Origin: Candidatus Doudnabacteria bacterium
Lineage (GTDB): Bacteria > Patescibacteriota > JAQUNI01
DNA: 64,000 nt
Assembly (NCBI GenBank): GCA_041644975.1
Contig: JBAZQX010000005.1
Span: forward strand, 13,068 to 77,067
Direction: 5' to 3'
Part shown: positions 27,721 through 37,149 of the stretch, in pieces
Numbering within the stretch: the first letter of the stretch is position 1
How the letters are laid out: every line of letters begins with the position of its first letter
Notes under the pieces: generated by a model
The model's database searches: none
Told to the model about the DNA's origin: nothing
What the model saw: the letters and a program-made list of their open reading frames with translations, nothing else
Made by a program: the position numbers and the translations under genes

Positions 27721-28545
27721 TTAATACTTGATATCTCCTCTTTCATCTGTCCTCAAAATTTGAATCCCTAAATCCTGAAGCCTCTTTAAGGCAGCCTCGT
27801 TCGGGTGACCATATGTATTCTTGCCCACAGAGATAATCGCGGCTTGCGGTTCAACGGCTTTCAAAAAATTTTCGCTCGTGGAATTCTTTGAGCCATGATG
27901 CCCTACTTTTAAAACATCGGATTTGAGATATACATTATTAGAAATCAACTCCGCTTCCTCATCTAATCCCGCGTCGCCCATAAGGAGATATTCCTTCTCT
28001 CCGCGCGCTAAACGGCAAACAATGGAAGTATTGTTCAAATCTTTCACCTTTTTATCCTGTAAATTTTCCAAAGGAAACAAAAAATCAAGATGAGTGTTAT
28101 TGGCGAGCATAATATGCTCGCCATAGCGCGGAAATGAAACCGCAATATTTTTCTTGGCGATAATCTCTTTAAATCTTTTGTAATATTCTTCGTCGCTTTC
28201 CACGCCATTATAAATTACTCTGTCCACTTTGTACCTTTCTAAAACTTCTATCAAGCCTCCCAAATGGTCTCTATTCGGGTGCGTAAGGATAACCGCGTCT
28301 AATGAACGGTCAAAGAACGGCATTATTTCACCAAGTTTACTTAAAACCGTCTTCCCTTCGCCCCCGTCAATTAAGATTTGATGCTGTTCTTCATCTTCAA
28401 TAAAAATACTATCTCCCTGTCCCACATCGTAAAAAATGACCCGAAACTTGGGTGGCTTTCCCCCTTCCCAAACCGCCCACCAACCAAGTATAGTAAGCAC
28501 AACTAAAAGTCCTAGAATATAATATTTATATCTTTGGAAAAACAT
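27721..28545 (-). CDS. ComEC C-terminal MBL-fold (metallo-beta-lactamase) domain protein
   Basis: HxHxDH (THPNRDHLGG) and GHHGS motifs. Encoded separately from the ComEC channel domain. Confidence 0.75.
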   Translation of the reverse strand: MFFQRYKYYILGLLVVLTILGWWAVWEGGKPPKFRVIFYDVGQGDSIFIEDEEQHQILIDGGEGKTVLSKLGEIMPFFDRSLDAVILTHPNRDHLGGLIEVLERYKVDRVIYNGVESDEEYYKRFKEIIAKKNIAVSFPRYGEHIMLANNTHLDFLFPLENLQDKKVKDLNNTSIVCRLARGEKEYLLMGDAGLDEEAELISNNVYLKSDVLKVGHHGSKNSTSENFLKAVEPQAAIISVGKNTYGHPNEAALKRLQDLGIQILRTDERGDIKY

Positions 28546-28554
28546 TTGAAAATA

Positions 28555-28701
28555 GAATTAGGAATAATGAATCCCCGCACCAAGCCCCCGCTAACGCTCG
28601 GCTGGTACAGGGCAAGCAAGAATCAGGAATGAGCCCCTCCGAAACCTCTCCCCCTACAAAGGGGAGGAACTCCCTGATTCATAATTCCTGCTTCCTAATT
28701 C
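28555..28701. repeat. GC-rich core (28574-28672) flanked by inverted repeats GAATTAGGAATAATGAATC / GATTCATAATTCCTGCTTCCTAATTC
   Basis: Inverted repeats are visible. Internal hairpin ctcccc ctacaaa ggggag. Shares the 9-mer ccccgcacc with element 30204-30302. Confidence 0.6.
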
Positions 28702-30190
28702 CAATCTTATTATACCACACCAAAAACCCCGCCAAAACTAAATAATAAACGACCACCATCCACCATTGCATCTTTAACTCCAAAAAGCTATAAGGGATTT
28801 GAGCTAGATAATCACTAACTTTAAGAATCAAGGTTAGAAACGGCCAAATAAGCCAACTAAACATCCAGCCTAAAAGCCAATAAACAAAACCTAAAATAAT
28901 ACCGCAGAAGCCTAAAATTGTAATAAAGGGAACAAAGGGAACAATCAAAACATTAGCAATCGGAGAAATTAACGAAAGCTTGCTAAAATGAAACATCAAT
29001 AAAGGCAAAGTGGCAACTTGGGCGGCAAGGGTAAGCAAAATAATATTTTTAATAAAGCCAAGCTCTGGTAATTTCGCAAACCATTTTATAAAAATTGGAT
29101 AAATATAGACAAGGCCTAAAATCGCCGCGAAGGAAAGCTGGAAGCCGACATCATAAGGCAATAGTTTTGGATTAATGACAAGTATCGCTGCTGCGGCAAA
29201 AACAATCGCGTTGGCGGAATAATTCAGGCGACCCAAACGTTGCGCCAATAAAAACAGAAATCCCATTACCCCCGCTCTTACCGCGGAAGCGGGCGCGCCG
29301 ACCAAGATGACATATAAAATTAAAAATAAAACCGCGAAATAAAAAGCATGCTTCCGCCATAAACCTAAGGTTAAAAGAACGGACATCACTATTGTAGAAA
29401 TTAGAGTAATGTTAAAACCGGAAACAGCGATGATATGAGTTATGCCCACGCGAGAAAAATCATCCAAAACTTTTTTCGGAAAATTACCTCGCGAGCCCAA
29501 GGTTAATCCGGCTAATAATGATGCTTGCGGTTCTGGTAAAATTTTGCTAATCACATTACTGGTTTCTGCTTTCAATTTCAAAATGACCGCGTAAATAAAA
29601 TTGCCGTTACGAGAAGACAACAATTGCACTCCCCCCTCCCTGGGATAGCAAACCGAATAAATACCAAAAAGACTTAAATAATTTTTGTAAGAAAAATCTT
29701 CTTCCGCCTTGGGAGTTTGTAATTTGCAAGTGATTTTTAGTTTATCCCCATAATGGTATTGAGGATAATTTGGAACTGTTACCAGCGTCTTGCCTTGATA
29801 ATTACCCGCAGCTTTAACTGTGAGCTTTGTATTTGTATCCCGCGCATCTGGCTCTTTATTGACTATGCCCAAAAAACTCATTTCCCCCTGATCGTTATAA
29901 TAAGCAATGTGCGCGGCGTTAATTTCGGGCGCGCTCATCTCAAAGCGCCATACGCCCAAAACAAAAAATAGGATCGCAAGTCCTATTATTTTCGCCAGTT
30001 TTTCAGACCAGAAAACGCTGGTGATAATTATTCCCAAAACTACCAAACCAATTAACGTGACACGCCTTATGTCTCCGCTCAAATCCTGTATTAGCCCACC
30101 AACAAATACGCCTCCGATGATACTTAAACAAAAAGTCAAAAATATAGTGGATTTACTAATTACAATGTTGATATAAAAAATTAACGCCAA
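28679..30190 (-). CDS. comEC: ComEC/Rec2 DNA internalisation channel (DUF4131 + competence domain), split from its MBL domain; probable TTG start
   Basis: Polytopic protein with the competence-domain motif ASAVRAGVMGFLFLLAQ. Confidence 0.75.
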   Translation of the reverse strand: MALIFYINIVISKSTIFLTFCLSIIGGVFVGGLIQDLSGDIRRVTLIGLVVLGIIITSVFWSEKLAKIIGLAILFFVLGVWRFEMSAPEINAAHIAYYNDQGEMSFLGIVNKEPDARDTNTKLTVKAAGNYQGKTLVTVPNYPQYHYGDKLKITCKLQTPKAEEDFSYKNYLSLFGIYSVCYPREGGVQLLSSRNGNFIYAVILKLKAETSNVISKILPEPQASLLAGLTLGSRGNFPKKVLDDFSRVGITHIIAVSGFNITLISTIVMSVLLTLGLWRKHAFYFAVLFLILYVILVGAPASAVRAGVMGFLFLLAQRLGRLNYSANAIVFAAAAILVINPKLLPYDVGFQLSFAAILGLVYIYPIFIKWFAKLPELGFIKNIILLTLAAQVATLPLLMFHFSKLSLISPIANVLIVPFVPFITILGFCGIILGFVYWLLGWMFSWLIWPFLTLILKVSDYLAQIPYSFLELKMQWWMVVVYYLVLAGFLVWYNKIGIRKQEL

Positions 30191-30203
30191 AATCTAAACA
30201 AAA

Positions 30204-30302
30204 TTCATAATTCCTGCCTGCCCGCCGACCTGTCCGCAGAAGTCCGCCTTTGGCGGACGAAGGAGGAAGCCTTGGCATAGGCGGACCTGCCCCGCACCGA
30301 AT
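30204..30302. repeat. GC-rich structured element upstream of comEC
   Basis: attcataattcctgc, then gtccgc...gcggac and ccgcctttggcgg hairpins, ending in ccccgcacc. Confidence 0.5.
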
Positions 30303-32792
30303 TTATTCTGGTGACGGGGCTTCCATTTCAGGCTGAAGCTGCTCCAGAGTCTTCGCTTCCACTTCCGCGCGCTCCCTGCCGTATTTCAAGCGCGATAAAT
30401 TTTTTATTTTTCGCGCCAAATCGCGGTCAGGCTTTTGCTCGGGCGATAAGGTCTGCATACTAAAAGCTTTGGAAGGCGTATTATTGATAGTAAGTTTCAG
30501 ATAGGTTTGGAATTGGCCAAGATTGATTAAATCATGGGCGGAAAAAACCGGCTCGGTTTGTTTTTCCACAAACTCGGCGTCATTGGGTCCGATCCGAAAA
30601 GAAGCAAGACTGCCGACATTGCCAAAAACCGCGTCGCGAATCTGTTCCGGAAGCTGGGCGATATATTGATTGGCGAGAGTTAAATTCAGGCGGTATTTGC
30701 GGGCTTCGGACAAAATCGTCATAATACTGTCCGTAGTGAAATTTTGGAACTCATCAATATAAAGATAAAAATCGCGCCGCTCTTCCTCGGGGATATCCAC
30801 CCGCCCCATTGCCGCCATCTGGATTTTAGAAACAATAATCAAACCGAGAAGCGAAGAATTGATCTCGCCGGTTTTGCCTTTAGACAGATTAACGAGCAAA
30901 ATTTTGCCGGAGTCCATAATCTCGCGGAGATTGAAGGCGGAGCGCTGCTGGCCGATAATATTGCGCATCATTGTGTTCTCCACAAACTGCCCGATCTTGG
31001 AAATCAAATAGCCCAACATCTCGGATTTATGAAAATCCGTGGTCTTCGCCATTTCCTTCTCCCAAAAATCGCGCACCACCGTATCCGTCACTTTCGCGAT
31101 CTTGTATTTTTGATATTCCGGATCAGTGAACATCCGCGGAATCTCGGTAATCGTCCCAGGATTTTCCGGATCCGCCATCAAGGTCAGCATCACATTGCGC
31201 ATATTATGCTCAAACATCGGGCCCACAATCTCCGGTGGAAAAAGCTTATGGAAAATGGCAATCATCTCAGAGACGACAAAGTCCTTCTGTTCGGGCGTAT
31301 TATATTCCAGCATATTAAGCCCCAAGGGGCGGTCAATATCTCCCGGGTCAAAAAGCACGACCTCTTCCGCTCTGTTTCTCGGTATAAGGCCTAATAATTC
31401 TTCAATAAGTTCGCCATGGGGATCCACCACGCAAACGCCCTCGCCACTTTGCAAATCCTGCGCCACCATATTTTTAAGCAAAGTGGTTTTGCCCGTCCCG
31501 GTCTGACCAATAACATACAAATGACGGCGCCGATCTTCTCTTTGAATCCGCACCAGTCTCTCCACGCCCCGAAAAACATTCTTGCCAATCACAATCCCTT
31601 CTTGAGGCAGATTGGCGGGCGCCTCGCCCTTCTTGGCAGTAAGCCATTTCACTTCCGGCGTTTCGGTGTAAGCCGTAGGCAAATGGAAAATGCTCGCCAG
31701 CTCCTCGGTGTTTAAAATACTCGCTTTTTCCTCATCAAAAAAACGAAAATTAAAATTGGTAATCGTTTTTTTGGCGCTCCACTTTTTATTTTTATCCGGC
31801 TTGAAACTATTATATTCGGGATAAGTAAACTGCTGAAAAGCGTTGATTAAATTGGACAATTTAATCTCGGCTTGCTCGCGCGTGGGACTCGCGGCCGCCA
31901 GACGAATATTGGTCCGAAAAGCGACCTTGTTCGCTTTCTCTTCCAAAAGCTTTACCGTTTCCTGCTGCAGGGGGGTTAAGGAAGGCGGCGCTTCAATCTG
32001 CTTTTCCCCTTCCACTTCCGGCGCTCTTTTCTTCTTCTCGGCTCCTTGAACCGCTGTCATCACCACCTCGCCGGCAAAATGCGCCATCTTGCCTGCCACG
32101 CTCTTCGCGCCCACCGCCTCCGCGGTTTTCACGCCCTGCTGAATCTTGCGCGCCGCGGAAAGACCCTTGGTCTGCCAGCCTTTGGGAGCGGGACGAATCA
32201 TCACCTCTATACCCCCTCCTTCTTGATCTCCCATCTTGCTCAAAGCGTTAGCAAGAGCCGAGAGAGGGTCATTTTCCAAATATTTATAAGTTTTAATTGG
32301 AAAAACATTTTCGCGCGACAAAACCATATTCGTCGCGAGCACCACGCTCTCGGGAGTATAAAAATTGTATTCCTTCACCTCTTCCAGTTCGGCTTTGGGA
32401 TAAGCCGCCTGGATTTGTTTTTCCACGAGCCCCACCAAATTATTCGGACAGCAAACGTAAAAACTTGTTTCATTATGATGCGCCACAATTTCCAAAGAAA
32501 CAAAATCTTTTTCCTCCCAAAGCTTGGCTTTTTTCACACGATTGAGTTGCGCGAAGCCGGCGAATACCTGCTCCGCCACCGCGATCAACTCCTTCTCTTC
32601 CTGTTTTTCCTCTTTCTCCCCCTTGCCGATTTCTTTCGGCACCCGAATTGAAAACAAAGTTGTTTGGAAAGCCTTAGGCACCTTGGATTTCTTGCGCTGG
32701 TTTAAAATCAAAAAATAAGCAATCAAGATAAGCAATAAAATAAAAAGTATCCCACATAAAAGATAGATGATGGAAAGATTAGTTTCATTCAT
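30303..32792 (-). CDS. TrwB/TraD/VirD4-like coupling-protein-family ATPase (FtsK/HerA superfamily) with N-terminal TM and approximately 400 aa extra domain
   Basis: Walker A GQTGTGKT followed by VVDPHGE (TrwB: GATGTGKS...VDPNGD). YIDEFQNF Walker-B region and LTLANQ. Confidence 0.65.
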   Translation of the reverse strand: MNETNLSIIYLLCGILFILLLILIAYFLILNQRKKSKVPKAFQTTLFSIRVPKEIGKGEKEEKQEEKELIAVAEQVFAGFAQLNRVKKAKLWEEKDFVSLEIVAHHNETSFYVCCPNNLVGLVEKQIQAAYPKAELEEVKEYNFYTPESVVLATNMVLSRENVFPIKTYKYLENDPLSALANALSKMGDQEGGGIEVMIRPAPKGWQTKGLSAARKIQQGVKTAEAVGAKSVAGKMAHFAGEVVMTAVQGAEKKKRAPEVEGEKQIEAPPSLTPLQQETVKLLEEKANKVAFRTNIRLAAASPTREQAEIKLSNLINAFQQFTYPEYNSFKPDKNKKWSAKKTITNFNFRFFDEEKASILNTEELASIFHLPTAYTETPEVKWLTAKKGEAPANLPQEGIVIGKNVFRGVERLVRIQREDRRRHLYVIGQTGTGKTTLLKNMVAQDLQSGEGVCVVDPHGELIEELLGLIPRNRAEEVVLFDPGDIDRPLGLNMLEYNTPEQKDFVVSEMIAIFHKLFPPEIVGPMFEHNMRNVMLTLMADPENPGTITEIPRMFTDPEYQKYKIAKVTDTVVRDFWEKEMAKTTDFHKSEMLGYLISKIGQFVENTMMRNIIGQQRSAFNLREIMDSGKILLVNLSKGKTGEINSSLLGLIIVSKIQMAAMGRVDIPEEERRDFYLYIDEFQNFTTDSIMTILSEARKYRLNLTLANQYIAQLPEQIRDAVFGNVGSLASFRIGPNDAEFVEKQTEPVFSAHDLINLGQFQTYLKLTINNTPSKAFSMQTLSPEQKPDRDLARKIKNLSRLKYGRERAEVEAKTLEQLQPEMEAPSPE

Positions 32793-32804
32793 AAAGACAG
32801 CATA

Positions 32805-33267
32805 AATTATAACTTATAACTTATAACTTGTAACTCAAGACTTCTGAAAAATTTGAGTTACGACGGGTGATGGATTTTAAGTTTTGAAATTATCCCCCAA
32901 AGCATTGCTCCTATTTTTTCAGCCAGATTGATTAATTCACAATATCGCTCTTTATTTAAATATTGCCTGTGATGAGAAAAATAGATAAGATACTTACTTT
33001 CTTTTAATGATCCATATGAAATTTCTAAAAAGTTCCTTAAAGTATTTCTGCTCTGTCGGGCATAACCTTCTATGTAATTCAAAATCACAGACAAAGCCGC
33101 TCTCCGTAATTGCGATATTAAACCAAATTGCTCTATCTTAGGGAAATCTTGAGTATAATCATAAACTTTATTTGCATAAACATCCATAAACTTCTTTAAT
33201 TCCTGATGAAATTGATTTGTCCGTTCCATTCTCTCTTGGGTTATAAGTTACAAGTTATAAGTTACAC
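32805..33267. mobile_element. four-helix-bundle gene cassette bounded by inverted repeats (TTATAACTTATAACTTGTAACTCAAG ... TTATAAGTTACAAGTTATAAGTTACAC)
   Basis: Left arm 32805-32840 and right arm 33241-33267 are reverse complements flanking the single gene 32858-33229. Confidence 0.5.
32858..33229 (-). CDS. four-helix-bundle protein (23S rRNA intervening-sequence protein family, TIGR02436-like)
   Basis: LISQLRRAALSVILNYIEGYARQS, a match to the 23S rRNA intervening-sequence four-helix-bundle family. Confidence 0.7.
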   Translation of the reverse strand: MERTNQFHQELKKFMDVYANKVYDYTQDFPKIEQFGLISQLRRAALSVILNYIEGYARQSRNTLRNFLEISYGSLKESKYLIYFSHHRQYLNKERYCELINLAEKIGAMLWGIISKLKIHHPS

Positions 33268-33272
33268 GATTT

Positions 33273-33932
33273 TCACGCCGCTTTCTTTTCTTCACGACCT
33301 TGGCTTAGAACATCTTTTTGGGCATAGGGATCCAAACGTTGTAATTGTTTAAATCTTCGCACTTCAACCTGCGCTTTCTTTTCCGCGCTTATTGCTTCTT
33401 TCTGCTCTGCGACCGCTTCCCGCGCTTCTTGCGTTAAGTCTTTTGCCGCTTCTTCCGCCTTGCCTGCCGCGATTTGCGTTTGCCGCGCCGCTTCTATGCC
33501 CTGTGGCCTTCCTTTCTCTATTCTTTCCGCGGATAATTCCGCTTTTGCGGCAGTTTTTCCACTCTCCTTTTCAATTTCTTCCTGCGTGCCTTGGACTGCT
33601 TCCCGCGCCATTTCCAATTTTTCCGCGGCGGCATTTTGTTCCTCTAAAGCGTGGCGCGCCTTTTCCCTTTGAATGGTTACTAAAGGATGCTCTGTGGGCG
33701 TAGCTTGCGCCTCCTCTGGAGACGGAGGAGGAGATATTATTTCCTTTTTCTCTGATAATTGTTCTGGTTTTATCTCGGATGGACTCTGGGGTTCAACTGC
33801 GCCCTCCCCAGCTATTTTTTGCCCCTCAAGAGCTTGTTTTTTCAATCTCTGTTCACTAACTTCTTGCAAAGTTTGGGGTGGAGTAGGAAGAGTAGATGTT
33901 TTATCCTGATTTGGGTTTTGATTTAAAGGCAT
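33273..33932 (-). CDS. low-complexity Glu/Ala/Lys/Pro-rich coiled-coil protein
   Basis: No TM helix; compositionally biased. Confidence 0.45.
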   Translation of the reverse strand: MPLNQNPNQDKTSTLPTPPQTLQEVSEQRLKKQALEGQKIAGEGAVEPQSPSEIKPEQLSEKKEIISPPPSPEEAQATPTEHPLVTIQREKARHALEEQNAAAEKLEMAREAVQGTQEEIEKESGKTAAKAELSAERIEKGRPQGIEAARQTQIAAGKAEEAAKDLTQEAREAVAEQKEAISAEKKAQVEVRRFKQLQRLDPYAQKDVLSQGREEKKAA

Positions 33933-33983
33933 AAAAATGAAATTTAATGACTTAATTTCATTATAACATTTTTTAAAAAATAT

Positions 33984-34012
33984 GTAGAGACATCAAAATT
34001 TCGTGTCTCTGC
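33984..34012. repeat. palindromic repeat family 1 variant
   Basis: gtagagacatcaaaatttcgtgtctctgc. Confidence 0.75.
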
Positions 34013-34040
34013 TCACTAAGACATCGCAAACCAGTCCCTC

Positions 34041-34262
34041 CTATTTTTGAATCCGAACAACTTTATTCCTTCCCCTTTCCCCCCGGCTGATCTGTATGTA
34101 ACTTTTGGCAACTCCAGAATAATCCGCCAGAATCTTGATTAGGGCTTTATTCGCCTTACCTTCCACTGCTGGCGCGGTTAAATAAATCTTAAAACAACCG
34201 TCTGAAAGAACGGTTATTTTATTCTGCTTGGCGTTAGGAATAACTTTGCAGGAAATGGTCAT
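34041..34262 (-). CDS. DUF167 (YggU/UPF0235) family protein
   Basis: 73 aa with VEGKANKALIKILA...GERGRNKVV. Confidence 0.65.
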   Translation of the reverse strand: MTISCKVIPNAKQNKITVLSDGCFKIYLTAPAVEGKANKALIKILADYSGVAKSYIQISRGERGRNKVVRIQK

Positions 34263-34401
34263 AAAAATTCTTTAATAACCCTAAGCTCTTGCCAACTTTA
34301 AAATTAATCAAACAAGCGCCTCCTATTCCAAGTTTTCTTACTATTTTATTCCGTCCGCTTTCAGCAGGACGAAGTTAGCTTCCAGCGTGACGCAGTCCGC
34401 T

Positions 34402-34741
34402 TTAATCCACAGGCACAACTCTTTTGCCTTGAATCATAAAGTCTATGATCACTTTGCCGTGGTCGCCAAGACCTGTCCACTCGTCGTCGTTATCCCAGGA
34501 ATACTGCGCCCAGGTCTCATTGCATTTCCCGCCACGAACAAGATAATTCATCCGAATTCGTTTATTTTTTGGCAGCTTGCTTAAGGGAATGTTTGCGACA
34601 TAGCCTTGATTCGACCAATCCATTTTCCAAGTATAATTCCAGCGATCAGGGTCGCCGGTAATCACGACCGTTTCGCCGCGTCGGGGCTGCGGAATAAAAA
34701 CCCAGCACAAAAATCCCCGCACACATAATTAGCTTTTTCAT
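34402..34741 (-). pseudogene. secreted small protein apparently split by a frameshift between signal peptide and mature domain
   Basis: ATG at 34741 gives MKKLIMCAGIFVLGFYSAAPTR and then stops. The main ORF (GTG start) continues in the +1 frame from RRGETVVITGDPDRW. Confidence 0.35.
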
Positions 34742-34813
34742 AGATTTTTTGAATCTGTTTTTTTGAATTTTAGAGATTAGTCTCATAATATTCTTGGTTT
34801 AAGATTTTTAAAA

Positions 34814-36478
34814 TTAATTCCGCGGCTGACTGGATAAATTAATTCTTGCGCTCTTTTGCGTTAGAAATAAGCGCGCTAATCTTAATTCTTGATAAGAAAA
34901 ATCTTTGCCTAATATTTCACGCACCGGCTTTAAATACATCTCCCCAGTTTGTTGGAAAGCAATCTTGATAATTTCAAAACGGCTCTCCGGCAATTTTAAA
35001 TAATCTAAGCTCATTTCCTTAATTTTATTATTTTGCGCTAGCTTTTCTAAATGACTCACAATAGTCTCTTGTTTCAAACCGCGTCTTGAAGCAATCTCTT
35101 CCAACGACAATCTTTCCACCACCAACATTCTGGTTTTCTCGTAAGTTGAAAGATGGTCTTTATTCTCTTTTTTAATATCCTCTTCAATCTCATCATCTTT
35201 CAATTTCATCCTTTGGTTTATTTCTTCCCTTAAAGAAACCATCACCTCTTGCGACATCTGCCTTAAATTTTTATCCAAGCTTAAAACTTCCTTATTCACT
35301 TGAAGCGCTAGATCATTAATCCCTAACAATTTGAGGCAGTCAAAAGATCGCACCCGCGAAAGAGCGACATAGCCCATCCCTTCTACAAAAGATTTGGAAA
35401 GGTCAACCTCTGCCGCGTCTAAGGTCATACCTTGGCTTTTATGCACCGTGATTGCCCAGGCCAAGCGCAAGGGCAATTGATAAATTGCCGCTCTTTCCCT
35501 CCCATCTTCTTCAATGGTCCAACTCGCCGGCAAGGCAATTACTATTTTACCTGCGCAAGTTTTAATGATCGGAAACTTATGTTCATCAAAGCCAATTATT
35601 TTCCCCAACGTTCCATTCACATATCCCTTCTCAAAATTATTTTTCACAAACATCACTTTCGCGCCCTTTTTTAGTCTTAACCGCTCCGGCGCGAGGCACC
35701 CTATTTGCAAAGCTTGCACTAACTTTTTCGGACCACTTCCCCGCATTGAATAGGCAAACTCCTTCCCCGGAATCTTGGCTAACTCCATATTATTAATCAC
35801 GTCCACATCCGCGTTATGAGTATAAAGCTTGGGCGGCGATAAAGAAAAAACTGTTTTTCCAAGCTGCTTGCTGGATAATATTTTATGCGATTCTTTTAAA
35901 TTATTATCACGAATATGTCCGAGCAAAGAAAGAAGGTCAACGTCCTTGTGGCGATGTTGTTCTTCCAAATAGCAAACCTTAATGTCCATCCTTGGCCAGA
36001 CATCGGATTCCGTAATGAATTTAGCGGCTTTTCCCCTATTTTGCACAGGCGGCAACTGAAAAAAATCGCCCGAACAAATAACCTGCATACCGCCAAAAGG
36101 TTCATCATTCTCTTTGAACACCCGACAAATTTGATCTACCAAATCAAATTGAAAGCCATGCAGCATTGAAATCTCATCAATAATCAAAATTTCTGTTTTG
36201 CGAAAATGCTTAATTAAATATGGTCTTCTCAAAAGATCCTCCAAATCCCTTTCACCTAATTTTTCTTTAATGCCCAAGCCAGACCAAGAATGAATAGTAA
36301 CGCCATTCATATGGGTAGCGGCAATCCCAGTGGAAGCGGTAACCGCAACGCTCTTCCCGTGTTTTTTTAAATATTGGATAAATTGATTCAATAAAAAAGT
36401 CTTGCCTGACCCCGGCGGCCCGGTCAACAGCGCGTTGTAGCCTAATTTTAAGATCGCGATCGCTTCTGCTTGAATCAT
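34814..36478 (-). CDS. PIF1/RecD-family 5'-3' DNA helicase with C-terminal HTH domain
   Basis: Walker A GPPGSGKT, IIDEISM (Walker B), QLPPV motif. The C-terminal approximately 100 aa is HTH-like. Confidence 0.75.
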   Translation of the reverse strand: MIQAEAIAILKLGYNALLTGPPGSGKTFLLNQFIQYLKKHGKSVAVTASTGIAATHMNGVTIHSWSGLGIKEKLGERDLEDLLRRPYLIKHFRKTEILIIDEISMLHGFQFDLVDQICRVFKENDEPFGGMQVICSGDFFQLPPVQNRGKAAKFITESDVWPRMDIKVCYLEEQHRHKDVDLLSLLGHIRDNNLKESHKILSSKQLGKTVFSLSPPKLYTHNADVDVINNMELAKIPGKEFAYSMRGSGPKKLVQALQIGCLAPERLRLKKGAKVMFVKNNFEKGYVNGTLGKIIGFDEHKFPIIKTCAGKIVIALPASWTIEEDGRERAAIYQLPLRLAWAITVHKSQGMTLDAAEVDLSKSFVEGMGYVALSRVRSFDCLKLLGINDLALQVNKEVLSLDKNLRQMSQEVMVSLREEINQRMKLKDDEIEEDIKKENKDHLSTYEKTRMLVVERLSLEEIASRRGLKQETIVSHLEKLAQNNKIKEMSLDYLKLPESRFEIIKIAFQQTGEMYLKPVREILGKDFSYQELRLARLFLTQKSARINLSSQPRN

Positions 36479-36634
36479 AAATAGAGATCAAATTTAAAAG
36501 TATCTTCTCTGTTGACCTGATCAATTTCTTGAGATGTAAATTTTATTTCTTTTTCTGGCATAAATTTTGAAAATTGCGGTAGGGAACAAAAATTTTCGTT
36601 CCCTGCCATTTTAACACAAAAAAAATTTACCGTC

Positions 36635-37063
36635 TTACCCCGTGGACCCGAAACCCCCTCGGGAATGATTTTGCGTCTTTTCTACTTCCTCCCATTCCCC
36701 TCTTTCAATCTTCACAAAAATCCCTTGGGCAATGCGGTCGCCGACCGCAACGCGCGCTTCTTTGTCCGTGAAATTATACACTTGCACGCGGATTTCATCT
36801 TCCGCCCCGCAATAATCTTGGTCAATAATCCCCGCGCCGTTAATTAACATTAAACCTTCTTTTACTGGTGTTGAGGAACGAGCAATGAGCATCAACATAT
36901 ATCCCGGCGGAGTTTTAACAATGATATTCGCGGGAATGCGCACGATTTCCTTGGGTTTCACAACCACGCTCTCGCGGCAAATCAAATCAAAACCCACGGA
37001 GCCAGAGGTTTCGTATTTAGGCAAAGGCAAAGATTGATCTACTCGTTTGATTTGAATTTTCAT
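36635..37063 (-). CDS. dut: dUTP diphosphatase
   Basis: GAGIIDQDY and C-terminal GGFGSTG. Confidence 0.85.
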   Translation of the reverse strand: MKIQIKRVDQSLPLPKYETSGSVGFDLICRESVVVKPKEIVRIPANIIVKTPPGYMLMLIARSSTPVKEGLMLINGAGIIDQDYCGAEDEIRVQVYNFTDKEARVAVGDRIAQGIFVKIERGEWEEVEKTQNHSRGGFGSTG

Positions 37064-37149
37064 AAACCACTTTTCGTCATTGCGAGGAAAGCCGGCCTTA
37101 AAGACGGCTGACGAAGCAATCTCATTAAATTATAAGGTTGACGATAAAT

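Noticed and set aside
31126-32651. Multiple plus-strand ORFs (126, 99, 201, 82 aa) inside the T4CP-like gene
   Set aside because: Antisense to a gene with clear Walker motifs; no domain signatures.
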